A stretch of DNA of 64,000 nt, taken from Parcubacteria group bacterium (GTDB lineage: Bacteria; Patescibacteriota; Patescibacteriia; UBA1558; GWA2-36-10). The notes below the pieces were generated by a model, which worked only from the letters and a program-made list of their open reading frames with translations, was not told the origin of the DNA and did no database searches. Position numbers and translations under genes: made by a program. Numbering within the stretch: the first letter of the stretch is position 1; each line of letters opens with the position of its first letter. Shown here one piece after another: positions 48,471 through 58,227 of this stretch. The stretch lies in the NCBI GenBank assembly GCA_003104935.1, contig PQAE01000002.1, positions 3,527 to 67,526 of the forward strand, read 5' to 3'.

Positions 48471-49619
48471 CTAACCGGCTAGTCTTTGCCAAAAGTCAAA
48501 AATCTTCCGCTCGGCCAAGGCCTGACTATAACTGGCCGCATACTTTTTCTGAGCGGCCGATCCCGTCAGTTTGACCAAGTCATGTTCGCTTAGTAACAAA
48601 TCTAATTTATCCACAGTCTGTTTCAAATTATTCACGCCCACCAGCCAACCGGTCTGCTCATCATCTATAATAGTCGAGGCCCCCAAAGTGTGTGAAGCCA
48701 ATGTCGGTGTGCCTCGCAAACCGGCTTCGATAATAACTTTGCCGAAACTTTCATTGGTTGATAAAAGTAAGAGTAAATAAGCGGCCTGATAATAATCTAC
48801 TAAAAGTTGCTGTTCTTTTTCGCCCAGCAAATATACTTGCTCCGGCAAATAATTTTGATCGATTAAAGTATGGATATGGCCGCGCTGGTTTCCTTCACCG
48901 ATAATCAGCAAAACAAAATCGTCGCGGCGTTTTTTTAATTCTTTAATTGTTTGCACCATAAAAAGCAGATTTTTCGCCGCGACCAAGCGTCCGACAAAAA
49001 GCAAAATCTTTTTCCCGTATTTGTTTTGGATTTCCCGCACCTTATCTCCAGCGGGACTGAGCGCAAATATTTTTTCGTTTATGGGTGTGTTGATTACTTC
49101 TATTTTATCGGACACCATTCCGGAAGCAACTAATTTATCTTTTATTTTTTGACTAACCACTCTGATGCCCTGTGCCTGGCGCACTACTTTTTTCTGAATA
49201 ATATTATAAATGGGATTTTTCCAGGATTCTCTCAGCCAATAATCATTGTCCCAGAAATCCCCGTGAAAATGCACTTCCAGTGGTTTTTGAAAACGCCTCG
49301 CCAGCCAAGAACCCACTAGTCCGGTGGCGTGCGGATCCTGACAATCAATCAAATCATATTTATATTTAGCAAATAATTTCTTGCCCCAAGAAAAAGCGCG
49401 GACCATAGAAAAAATATTATTACCCAGACCATAGGCCCGACAATTATCCGCCAGATCGCTGATCCCCACGGCCCCGTTGCCGATGACGATGATGTCTAGC
49501 CTTTTTAAATGGCCGGCATAAGCCCGATGTCTTTGCGCCACATCTATTTCATCCCCGTGCTTTAACAGGCCGGGGTCGGTACTGATCATTAAAATGGATA
49601 TTTCAGCTAAGGGCTTCAT
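48471..49619 (-). CDS. GT4 glycosyltransferase
   Basis: FVGRL..AKN, ESFGKVIIEA. Confidence 0.9.
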   Translation of the reverse strand: MKPLAEISILMISTDPGLLKHGDEIDVAQRHRAYAGHLKRLDIIVIGNGAVGISDLADNCRAYGLGNNIFSMVRAFSWGKKLFAKYKYDLIDCQDPHATGLVGSWLARRFQKPLEVHFHGDFWDNDYWLRESWKNPIYNIIQKKVVRQAQGIRVVSQKIKDKLVASGMVSDKIEVINTPINEKIFALSPAGDKVREIQNKYGKKILLFVGRLVAAKNLLFMVQTIKELKKRRDDFVLLIIGEGNQRGHIHTLIDQNYLPEQVYLLGEKEQQLLVDYYQAAYLLLLLSTNESFGKVIIEAGLRGTPTLASHTLGASTIIDDEQTGWLVGVNNLKQTVDKLDLLLSEHDLVKLTGSAAQKKYAASYSQALAERKIFDFWQRLAG

Positions 49620-49620
49620 A

Positions 49621-51066
49621 TTATCGGGTAACGAATTTTTTAGCTAATTTGAATTCTATTGGGAAAGCAAAAAATTTCAATTTCCATCGCAATTTGCATA
49701 AGAGCACAAAGCCCAATTTCAGCCAGTGATTGGCTTTGATGCTTGATCCCATGGCATTTTTGACGCTGTGTGCCCCAAAGCGGACATAAGCCTCCATAGA
49801 TTCCACAAAATCCTTATCTTTTACCCAGGGAAAATTTTGCACCGTCAGATAGCTAAGTTCATTGGAGATCAAGTGCGACCACTCCTGTGTGGTTTGCGGC
49901 GCGCGCCAGCCCGACTGGATACACTCTTCGTATAGCTCCGACCCGGGATAGGGGCGGAATGCCTGCGGTCCTAAAATCTGAATTTTATCCGAGAGTTTAA
50001 CCAACTTGTCAATCAAATCCAGAGTCTGCATCATATCTGACTTAGTTTCTCCGGGCAGACCGATCATGAAAGAATATTGAGGGATGATCCCGCTCCGCAA
50101 ACACATCTCAGCCGAACGGATAACATCAGCCGCGGTCATATCTTTCTTTATCTTGCTTAAAATAATGGGACTGCCTGACTCGGCGCCGAAAGAAAGCAAA
50201 TAACAACCCGAGGCCTTGAGCTTGTGCAAAAAATCCTGACCGATTACGCCTTCTTTGACATAAGCGGCGCGCACCGTAGTTTCCCAAGGTATTTGCAAGC
50301 CGCGCTCGATCATACCATCAATGATGGCTTTGGCCCGGTTAATATCCACAAAAAAATTCTCGTCCCAAAAACGCACGCCCTTACCGGTAAAATATGGCTT
50401 GTGCTTGATGATGTCCACATCACTTAAAACTTGTTCCACGGTCCGGGCTCGCCAGCGATTGCGCAAAATAGCATTGATGCAAAAAGTACAACGGTGCGGA
50501 CAGCCACGGGAGGTCAGTGATGGCACTAAAGCTAAATTTTTTAAAACACTATCCGGCATCAATTCCCACTTAAATAGCGGCGTTTCCGAAACAACGTGTA
50601 GCTCCCGAGGTTTATTAATCTTTATATTTTCGCCTTGTTTATAGACTATGCCGTCTATTTCCTCCCAGGGTCGGCCGCTAACAATATCATAAGCAGTTAG
50701 TTCGCCTTCCCCTACACAGACGATGTCAATCACCGGCTCGGTGATAGTCTGGTCCTTGAAAAAAGTGGGATGAGTGCCGCCCCAGATAATCTTGCAACCT
50801 GGATTGAGTTCCCTAATCAGCTGGCTGATTTCCAAAGCGTGCGGTAACTGAGTGGTCATAACCGAGATGCCGACATAATCAAAGTCCTTGATTTTTTCTT
50901 TGATCAGATCCAAATAATTTTTCTGCCGGGCGCCGTCTACGATCTCCACCGGCACGCCTTTACTGTCCAGATAGGTAGCGATGCTTAATAATCCCACGGA
51001 AATGGAGCTGTCGTAGTTTTCCTTGGCGATATTAAAAGGCGGATTAATTAATAATATTTTTCTCAT
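49621..51066 (-). CDS. B12-binding radical SAM enzyme
   Basis: N-terminal B12-type domain (GGTHPT, GEGE), SRGCPHRCTFC, DENF, GAESGS, FMIGLPGE. Confidence 0.9.
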   Translation of the reverse strand: MRKILLINPPFNIAKENYDSSISVGLLSIATYLDSKGVPVEIVDGARQKNYLDLIKEKIKDFDYVGISVMTTQLPHALEISQLIRELNPGCKIIWGGTHPTFFKDQTITEPVIDIVCVGEGELTAYDIVSGRPWEEIDGIVYKQGENIKINKPRELHVVSETPLFKWELMPDSVLKNLALVPSLTSRGCPHRCTFCINAILRNRWRARTVEQVLSDVDIIKHKPYFTGKGVRFWDENFFVDINRAKAIIDGMIERGLQIPWETTVRAAYVKEGVIGQDFLHKLKASGCYLLSFGAESGSPIILSKIKKDMTAADVIRSAEMCLRSGIIPQYSFMIGLPGETKSDMMQTLDLIDKLVKLSDKIQILGPQAFRPYPGSELYEECIQSGWRAPQTTQEWSHLISNELSYLTVQNFPWVKDKDFVESMEAYVRFGAHSVKNAMGSSIKANHWLKLGFVLLCKLRWKLKFFAFPIEFKLAKKFVTR

Positions 51067-52208
51067 TTTAATTCCTCCAATAACCGGGCAGTTTGATTTA
51101 TGTTTTCCTGCCAGTTAAATTTTGCTAATTTTGTTTTGGCGTTTTTGACCAGTCGAGTAGCTAGGTCGGGATTACTAAAAATATTTTCCGTTGCCGCCAG
51201 CAACTGCTCCGTATTATTATACTCAACCAATAAACCCTCCTGATTGTGTTCTATAACTTCCGGATTGCCGCCGACATTAGTAGTGATGATCGGCACCTCG
51301 GCCTTCATGGCCTCAAGCAAAGTATGTGACAGACCCTCGTAATTGGTATTCAAAATAAATAGATTGGCCGCCCGCAGATAATTTATTACTTGCTGTTGTT
51401 GCACCTTACCGATAAATTTCACTTGTTCATTTAAAGCCAGTTGCGCGGTCAGCCGCTGTAGTTTCATTAATTCCGGGCCCGCGCCTAAAACCAATAACTG
51501 CACAACGCCGAATTTCCTCTGTAAAGGTTTTAATATCCTAATTATTCCGTCTATACCTTTCCAGGGCATCAGACGGCAAGCGGTTACGATTACCTTAGAT
51601 CCGGGTGTAAAATGTTTCTGGATATCCTCCACAGCCCGAGGATCAATCTGTTCCTCTAGCCAATCGACCGAATTGTAAATCAGCTTTATTTTATTTTTTG
51701 CCACACCGATTTTTTCGGCTACAGTCGACAAAAAATTACTGACCGCGATAACGCCGTCGGCTTGCAGTAAAATCAGGCGGCGGCGTTCTTTTAATTTTTC
51801 TATTTTTTGGCCATAGACTTTTTTTTCAAAATCTAAAATATAATCCGTGGTCCAACTCCTAGCCGTAGCGGTTTCCCAGGCGGCATCGCCAGCAAAACGT
51901 ATTACATATTTTTTGCCCAGAAATCTCTTTAGTAAATAAGCGAAATAACCCACACTGTATACATCAGTAACGTAAATAATATCTGTTTTTTTGGCTAATA
52001 TTAGCATCTTTACGAAGTAACGCAAAAATTTGAACGGCCTATTTTTTAAAATCCGGTGCACTTTATCGCCGCTGACATTTTTATCAGCGTAAGTGATAAC
52101 CTCGATTCTGAAACCGCGCTGTTCCAAAGAATGCACCAATGAATTGATGATAGTGGCCGGACCGCCAATATCAGGAGGATATATTCCTGTCGCAATCAAT
52201 ACTTTCAT
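51063..52208 (-). CDS. GT4 glycosyltransferase
   Basis: YPPDIGGPA, RL.PWKG, YEGLSHTLLEAM. Confidence 0.92.
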   Translation of the reverse strand: MKVLIATGIYPPDIGGPATIINSLVHSLEQRGFRIEVITYADKNVSGDKVHRILKNRPFKFLRYFVKMLILAKKTDIIYVTDVYSVGYFAYLLKRFLGKKYVIRFAGDAAWETATARSWTTDYILDFEKKVYGQKIEKLKERRRLILLQADGVIAVSNFLSTVAEKIGVAKNKIKLIYNSVDWLEEQIDPRAVEDIQKHFTPGSKVIVTACRLMPWKGIDGIIRILKPLQRKFGVVQLLVLGAGPELMKLQRLTAQLALNEQVKFIGKVQQQQVINYLRAANLFILNTNYEGLSHTLLEAMKAEVPIITTNVGGNPEVIEHNQEGLLVEYNNTEQLLAATENIFSNPDLATRLVKNAKTKLAKFNWQENINQTARLLEELK

Positions 52209-52211
52209 AAA

Positions 52212-53348
52212 TTAAATCATTTTTTCCTGAAATATTAAACCGATTTTCCGGGCAATTACGTCACAATTATATTTTTCTCTGACCAATCTTTGCGCCTGCT
52301 CTTTTACTTTCCGATATAATTCGTGATCATGAACGTATTTTTCTACAGCCAAAGCAATACTCGCCGGATGCTTTAGCTGACAAAATAAACCGGTCTCTCC
52401 CTCGATTATAAAATCCGACAGAGATCCGATAGACGGACCAATCGTGGGCACACCCATGGCCATGGATTCTAAAAACGACCTGCCCAATGTGGGTATTGTC
52501 GTGGGTTTGATAAAAATATCGGCTATTTCCAGATAACGGGCGACTTCGCCGGGCTCCTGCTGACCCGCCAAGAGCACATAATCACCGACGGAAAAATCAG
52601 CGGCCAACTGGCTGAGCTTCATAGCTCCAGCACCGTCACCCACCAAGATCAAAACTGCCGGCAAACCGCTTTTATAAATTATAAAGTTTAATGCCTTGAT
52701 CAAATCCGCCTGGCCGTTTGTCTGGTTCAGGTCTCCGCAACTGATCAAAACCAGATCGTCTGGTTCTATACCTAACTCGCGCCGAAAATTAATTTTCTCC
52801 TCTGTCGTCAGCCGCGGCTGAAAAATACTTTGATCCATTCCGGACGGAATTAAAAAAATTTCCGCCTTGGCGCCGAACTTGCGGCAACGTTGGCCTAAAA
52901 ATTTATTTACCACTTGGATACATTTGGCTTTGCGGTAAATGCGTTTGAAATAAAATCCCCATAATTGGATTTTCTTTTTCAGCTCCTCACTGGTGGCCGT
53001 ACTTTGTTCGGTTAAAAGATAAGGCACTTTACTGCGATTTCGAAATAATAAAGTAGCCAATCCCGAGCTCAGGGTGTCCAAGCACCAGGCAAAATCAAAC
53101 TTGATTGCTTTATGTAAATTAGCCGCCATAGCTATAGCACGCCAGGTAAACATATATTTGTCAATCCTACTACCATTTCCGACAAAATAGACATTAATAG
53201 GCCCCAATTTGCCCTGTTTTGGGCTATTTTTATCAAATCTATCAGTAATCAGATAAAAATCAAAATCCGGCAAACGAGAGCAGGTCTCCCGCAAAGCCGT
53301 TTCTGTGGTTTGGGCTAAAGAATATGAAAAAATCAATATTTTCTTCAT
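52212..53348 (-). CDS. GT4 glycosyltransferase with a degenerate motif
   Basis: GT-B layout, but GDLNQTNG replaces R...KG and PTLGRSFLES replaces EG.G...LEA. Confidence 0.75.
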   Translation of the reverse strand: MKKILIFSYSLAQTTETALRETCSRLPDFDFYLITDRFDKNSPKQGKLGPINVYFVGNGSRIDKYMFTWRAIAMAANLHKAIKFDFAWCLDTLSSGLATLLFRNRSKVPYLLTEQSTATSEELKKKIQLWGFYFKRIYRKAKCIQVVNKFLGQRCRKFGAKAEIFLIPSGMDQSIFQPRLTTEEKINFRRELGIEPDDLVLISCGDLNQTNGQADLIKALNFIIYKSGLPAVLILVGDGAGAMKLSQLAADFSVGDYVLLAGQQEPGEVARYLEIADIFIKPTTIPTLGRSFLESMAMGVPTIGPSIGSLSDFIIEGETGLFCQLKHPASIALAVEKYVHDHELYRKVKEQAQRLVREKYNCDVIARKIGLIFQEKMI

Positions 53349-53458
53349 CCCGTTAGAAATTTATCAATATATTAAACATTTTTAAAAAAATAAGACCTTC
53401 TATCTCAATTGATTTATTGCCTACTAAAATTTATAAATATGTAAAATTTATAACGGGA
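53348..53458. mobile_element. 111-bp MITE-like element with 15-bp TIRs (1 mismatch) and TTCA target duplication
   Basis: ttca|TCCCGTTAGAAATTT...AAATTTATAACGGGA|ttca; AT-rich non-coding core. Confidence 0.7.
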
Positions 53459-53471
53459 TTCATACTCTGAC

Positions 53472-53527
53472 TTGCTTTATCGGCATAAATCAAATAAAAT
53501 TATAACAGGATTGACGATATAAATCAA
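53472..53527. promoter_or_regulatory. Overlapping oppositely oriented promoters: + TTGCTT-N17-TAAAAT; - TTGATT-N17-(TGn)TATAAT
   Basis: + strand 53472-53500, - strand 53527-53499; -10 boxes overlap. Confidence 0.55.
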
Positions 53528-53535
53528 TATAAATT

Positions 53536-54747
53536 ATGCCTAATATTAGCCAAAACGAACAAAGGCCCACGGAGCTAAAAGACAAAAAAATCCTTTTTGT
53601 GGTTACCCAGACCAAATGGGGCGGTGCCCAAAAGTATGTTTTAGAGCTGGCCCAGTACTTTAAACAGCACAACGAGGTGCACATTGCCTACGGCCAGACC
53701 AAGGAGCTTAACCCCAAGTTTATAGAGCTCTGCCAAAAACTGGAAATCAAGACAATTCCTCTGCCGTCTCTGGCCAGAAACATAGATCTGGGCAAAGATT
53801 TTCTGGCCGCCCTGGAATTACAAAAAGTTTTGAGCAAAGAAAATTATCAGCTCATACATCTCAATAGTTCCAAAGCCGGAGCGATCGGAGCGCTGGCCGG
53901 ATTGCTCTATGGCTTAAATCCTATGAACACCCGACTGCGCATAGTCTATACTGCCCACGGTTTTGTTTTTAACGAACCGGGTTCTAAATTCCAAAAATTT
54001 CTATATAAGACGTCGGAAACAATTTCCACCACTTTGCAAAGCGTGATTATCGCCGTCTCGGACTATGACCGCCAAAGCGCGATTGATTTCAAGGTAGTGC
54101 CGGCCGGAAAGATATTTACCGTGCACAACGGCGTGGATCCTAAGGATTATATTTTTCTAAGCCCGGAACAAGCACGGCAAGAATTGGGACTATCATCCGA
54201 TAAAAAATATTTCGGCACTATCGCCAGCTTTTACAATGTCAAAGGATATAATTATTTGGTGGAAGCTATCGGACAATTACGGGATAATAATTCTCCATTA
54301 ATTTCAGATCATCGCTGGATATTTATCGGTGAAGGTCCGGAGTTGGAACGCATCAGTAAACAGATCAACGACAACAAATTAAATGATTTGATAACGATAG
54401 TAGCCCCCAAAAACGACGACTGGAAATATCTGCCTGCTTTTGATTTTCTGATTTTGCCCTCGGTCAAGGAAGGATTGCCCTATGTCCTGCTGGAGGCGGG
54501 ACTGGCGCAGGTACCGAGCATAGCCAGTCATGTCGGAGGCATACCGGAAATCATCATTGATGGCCAGACTGGACTGCTGACCACCGCCGCCAATCCCCTC
54601 TCTTTAATTGACGCTATGAATAAATTTGCGGAAAATAAAAAATTAGCCGACACTCTGGCTAAAAATAATTACCAAAATATTTTGACTAATTTTAGTCTGA
54701 CTAAAACTCTGCACCGGACCGAAGAAATCTACCTCAAGCTTTTTTAA
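53536..54747 (+). CDS. GT4 glycosyltransferase
   Basis: WGGAQKYV, HLNSSKAG, YTAHG, KG, EGLPYVLLEA. Confidence 0.92.
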   Translation: MPNISQNEQRPTELKDKKILFVVTQTKWGGAQKYVLELAQYFKQHNEVHIAYGQTKELNPKFIELCQKLEIKTIPLPSLARNIDLGKDFLAALELQKVLSKENYQLIHLNSSKAGAIGALAGLLYGLNPMNTRLRIVYTAHGFVFNEPGSKFQKFLYKTSETISTTLQSVIIAVSDYDRQSAIDFKVVPAGKIFTVHNGVDPKDYIFLSPEQARQELGLSSDKKYFGTIASFYNVKGYNYLVEAIGQLRDNNSPLISDHRWIFIGEGPELERISKQINDNKLNDLITIVAPKNDDWKYLPAFDFLILPSVKEGLPYVLLEAGLAQVPSIASHVGGIPEIIIDGQTGLLTTAANPLSLIDAMNKFAENKKLADTLAKNNYQNILTNFSLTKTLHRTEEIYLKLF

Positions 54748-57532
54748 TCTCTTCTGTAGCTAATTTTAATCCGTCCTTAAAGGGCAGGGTAAACTGGAAA
54801 GTACTGCCTAGCCCCTTGCCTTCGCTCTCGGCCCAAATCTGACCGCCATGCTCTTTGATCATTTTTTGCGCTATAAACAAACCCAGTCCGGAGCCGCCGG
54901 TATGGATCTGGGCTACGCCCGATCCGCGCACAAACTTCCGAAACAAACCGCCGACTTCAGCCGGATCGATGCCAATACCGGTGTCTTTGACCATGAAGGT
55001 CAGAAAGTCCTGATCATATTTAGTGGATACAATAACCGCACCCTGGGGAGTATATTTGACGGCATTATCCACCAGATTGATAATAACATTGCGAATCTTG
55101 TCCGGGTCAGCTACGATCATCGGTGTAGATTTATCGGCCTTGAAATTTAACTTCAGGCCTTTTTTAATTACCTGATTCTGCAATTCCGCGACCACCGAAT
55201 CAATCAGATTATTTATTTGGATAGGATGCTTGTCCAGCTTGAGATGACCGGACTCAATGCGGGAGACATCCAAAAAAATATCCACCTGGCGGGCTAACCG
55301 GTTAGAGCTTTCATAAACTCCGGCCAGCACTTCCTTGATCCGCGGACTGGTAACCTTGCCAAAATCCCCGTCCATCAACATGGACAAATACCCTTTGATG
55401 GCCGAGATCGGGGTGCGCAATTGGTGCGAGGCGATGGACAAGAACTCGGACTTGGCTTTGTCCAGGTCGCGCAAATGCATATTGGCTTCCTGCAAATCGC
55501 GATTGGCTTTTTGGAGATTATTATATAATTTAAGATTACTGGAAACTATACCGACCTGGTTGGTCAAAGCGGTCATGGTCTCGATGTCCATCGAGGATAT
55601 CTTGGTTTGTTCTATTTTCAGAAAAAACTGAACCACGCCGATGATACCTCCCTCAGAATAGACCGGAATACAAACCACACTCTTTACCCCCAAAACCTTT
55701 TGGATAGTATCAATGATTGCTTTACTAACCGGCGGCGACAAAAAATCCGAGATCTTGGCGGACATATTTATCTTGCCGGACATAAAAGTCTGCACGCCCA
55801 GATTATAGCCCTCTTGCAGAAGCGAACGATAATTAAACGGATCCTGAGGCAACATCTTTAGCACCTGGGCGGTAAATTCATTTTGAGTAATGGCCGCCAT
55901 CTTTAGTGAGTTACTTTCTTTATCTACAAAGCTAAGTAAGCCGCCGACATAACCCAGCTCTGAGGCGATACTGTTGGCGATGGCCTGATTGACTTTATTC
56001 AGATCCAAACTGCGACTAATCAAAGTACTGACCCCCTGCATCGTAGTCAAAAACTTATTGCGCTCTTCCAGGCTAAGATTGGCCACGCTCAAACTCTTGG
56101 TCCGCTCTTCTACCTTGACCTGCAAACTGCGGTTTAGTTCTTCCACGTCTTCATAAAGTTTTGATTTTTCCAAAGCCGTGGCGATCTGGGGCATCAGCAC
56201 CTCAAAAAAGTTTATTTCCTCACTACTGTAGAGATCACCGGACTGCTTGGCACCAAAAAACATGATGGCCGTCAGGCGCTCGGTCTCCACAATAGGCAGA
56301 ACCATTTCAATCTTCTTGGTCTCGGCTTCTTGAATAAAATAGTCGATAGCTTGATAATCAGCGGTGTTTTCCTTAAAATTTTCCTTGTCGCGTAAAAACT
56401 CGTCCAAGACTATTAGCTTGCGGTGTTTTTTGACAAAATTTATGAAATCCACACTAAGACTGGTGGCAATATCTACACCGCTTTTAGCAGTTAGTTCATA
56501 ATGGTCGTTGGTAGCCAGCCAAAAAGAAACTTTTTTTATTTTTAATTCTTTGACTAAGCTGTCGACAAATTTCTGAAGTAAGTCCTGTAGATCTATTTCC
56601 CGGGCCAGCACCAGACCCACTCTCTGCAAAACTTTTTGATAATCGATTTTATCCTTATAAAAAATGGAGTCGGTGATTCTAGCCCAGACTCGTTTTACTG
56701 GATCAAGCGCGAACACCACAATAGTAGCCGCGACAATATAGACAAATATTTTGCTTACCTGTGTATTTGCACCTAAATACGTGCTAGCCAAAAATACTGA
56801 TAAAGAAAAGAAACTTGCAACAGCACCTACTAATACCGTGTAAAGAATACTACGAGTTACTATCAGTCTTATGTTCATTAATCGGTATTTTACAATTGCA
56901 TACGCCATTAATATGGCGTACAGTGAAACAAAAAAATTACCTGCCGGATAAAAATCCACATCGAAATCCAGTAAAAAATTAGTTGACCCACCTATAATTC
57001 CCACTAACGAGGCATAAAGCATGTATTGTAATCTTTTCTTTTTGTACCCAACATTAATTCTTGTAGAGCTATACAAAAGAAATAAACTATAGGCAAGAAC
57101 TGCAACAAAAAAAATCACAAAATATGCGTACATCCCTCCTGTTGCTACTGGCCAATATCCAAAACTATTCCTTGGTAATATGTTTTTTAAAAACAAACTA
57201 GAAAAACTAAATATCAAGAAAAATAAAGTAGCCAAATAGACAATTTTCAACTTTATCCTATTTGTATCATAATAGTTAGTCAAATATAATGTATAATGAA
57301 AGAAAAAAGCTGGTAACAATATTGTCCCTATATACAAAACTCTTTGAGAAAAAAGGGCAGAGCCTTCATGTTGCGACACAACGCTACCAAACAATCCAAT
57401 GGTCCATAAAAAAATAGCCAAACTGTTTAAAAACCATAGTTTATTAATAACTCCTTTCCTTGTTAACACAAAAATTCCTAATATAAAGGTGAGGATCGCT
57501 GTTGTTAAACAAGAAATTGCAAAAAAGTTCAT
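54734..57532 (-). CDS. Sensor histidine kinase: N-terminal 7TM (HisKA_7TM-like) plus extra TMs, two GAF-like domains, HisKA, HATPase
   Basis: Hydrophobic N-terminal ~280 aa (AYAIVKYRL); GAF-like segments; SIASHQLRTP, NLVDNAVKYT, DTGIG, GSGLGL, GSTF. Confidence 0.92.
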   Translation of the reverse strand: MNFFAISCLTTAILTFILGIFVLTRKGVINKLWFLNSLAIFLWTIGLFGSVVSQHEGSALFSQRVLYIGTILLPAFFFHYTLYLTNYYDTNRIKLKIVYLATLFFLIFSFSSLFLKNILPRNSFGYWPVATGGMYAYFVIFFVAVLAYSLFLLYSSTRINVGYKKKRLQYMLYASLVGIIGGSTNFLLDFDVDFYPAGNFFVSLYAILMAYAIVKYRLMNIRLIVTRSILYTVLVGAVASFFSLSVFLASTYLGANTQVSKIFVYIVAATIVVFALDPVKRVWARITDSIFYKDKIDYQKVLQRVGLVLAREIDLQDLLQKFVDSLVKELKIKKVSFWLATNDHYELTAKSGVDIATSLSVDFINFVKKHRKLIVLDEFLRDKENFKENTADYQAIDYFIQEAETKKIEMVLPIVETERLTAIMFFGAKQSGDLYSSEEINFFEVLMPQIATALEKSKLYEDVEELNRSLQVKVEERTKSLSVANLSLEERNKFLTTMQGVSTLISRSLDLNKVNQAIANSIASELGYVGGLLSFVDKESNSLKMAAITQNEFTAQVLKMLPQDPFNYRSLLQEGYNLGVQTFMSGKINMSAKISDFLSPPVSKAIIDTIQKVLGVKSVVCIPVYSEGGIIGVVQFFLKIEQTKISSMDIETMTALTNQVGIVSSNLKLYNNLQKANRDLQEANMHLRDLDKAKSEFLSIASHQLRTPISAIKGYLSMLMDGDFGKVTSPRIKEVLAGVYESSNRLARQVDIFLDVSRIESGHLKLDKHPIQINNLIDSVVAELQNQVIKKGLKLNFKADKSTPMIVADPDKIRNVIINLVDNAVKYTPQGAVIVSTKYDQDFLTFMVKDTGIGIDPAEVGGLFRKFVRGSGVAQIHTGGSGLGLFIAQKMIKEHGGQIWAESEGKGLGSTFQFTLPFKDGLKLATEEIKKA

Positions 57533-58227
57533 TTTTTAAGGTAAACCAATACTAAAAAAATTAAATAATAAAAAAAGTTTTTTTTCTTAAGCCACGAAAA
57601 AAAAATTTCCTTTGATATCCTCCCTCCATGAAAATCTTCTGGGTTGCAGTTTCTAATATAATCCAGACAAACATTTGAAATAAAAAATTTAAGCCTGTTC
57701 TTATAAGAAATTTTTCTGCTAGTATAACTATCAATATTTTTTACTAGCCCGCTTTCATCTATTAAATATTTCTTATCAATAAAATTAATATAGTCATTCG
57801 GCATACTCCAATTATGATCATATTCATATCCAAATAGCTTAATCTTTTTCTCTAGGTCTCTGTCTATCGAGCAGTCAAGTTCTGTCGTCGTACTATTGTA
57901 TTTAACAACAACAAAAAAATGAACAGAATTCTCTGATAAATAATTTGCTATCTCTGTTATGGTGAAACGTCCGAATATTCTCCTAGCATTTATCCTTAAA
58001 ATCTTGTAGTACGTTTCAAAACCGTTATCTGATAACAACTTATGAAGGAGACGGCTTTTGGTAGTGCACATCCCATTTCTAACACGTAAAACTTTTTGAG
58101 GTTCTAGAGTCCAATCCCCAAATTTGTAATTTACATTATCTTTTACAAATAAAAATAATTTTTCTACTAAGTCTTCACCCCTGTGTAGTTTTATTATGCC
58201 TTCTAGTCTATTCGCCAAACTTATCAT
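57529..58227 (-). CDS. Transglutaminase-like protein (Cys-His-Asp)
   Basis: GMCTTKSRLL, SVHFFVVV, ELDCSID; hydrophobic C-terminus. Confidence 0.78.
   Translation of the reverse strand: MISLANRLEGIIKLHRGEDLVEKLFLFVKDNVNYKFGDWTLEPQKVLRVRNGMCTTKSRLLHKLLSDNGFETYYKILRINARRIFGRFTITEIANYLSENSVHFFVVVKYNSTTTELDCSIDRDLEKKIKLFGYEYDHNWSMPNDYINFIDKKYLIDESGLVKNIDSYTSRKISYKNRLKFFISNVCLDYIRNCNPEDFHGGRISKEIFFSWLKKKNFFYYLIFLVLVYLKK

Noticed and set aside
53490-53684. 64-aa minus-strand ORF across the divergent promoter
   Set aside because: Antisense to the start of GT4 53536..54747 with no coding features
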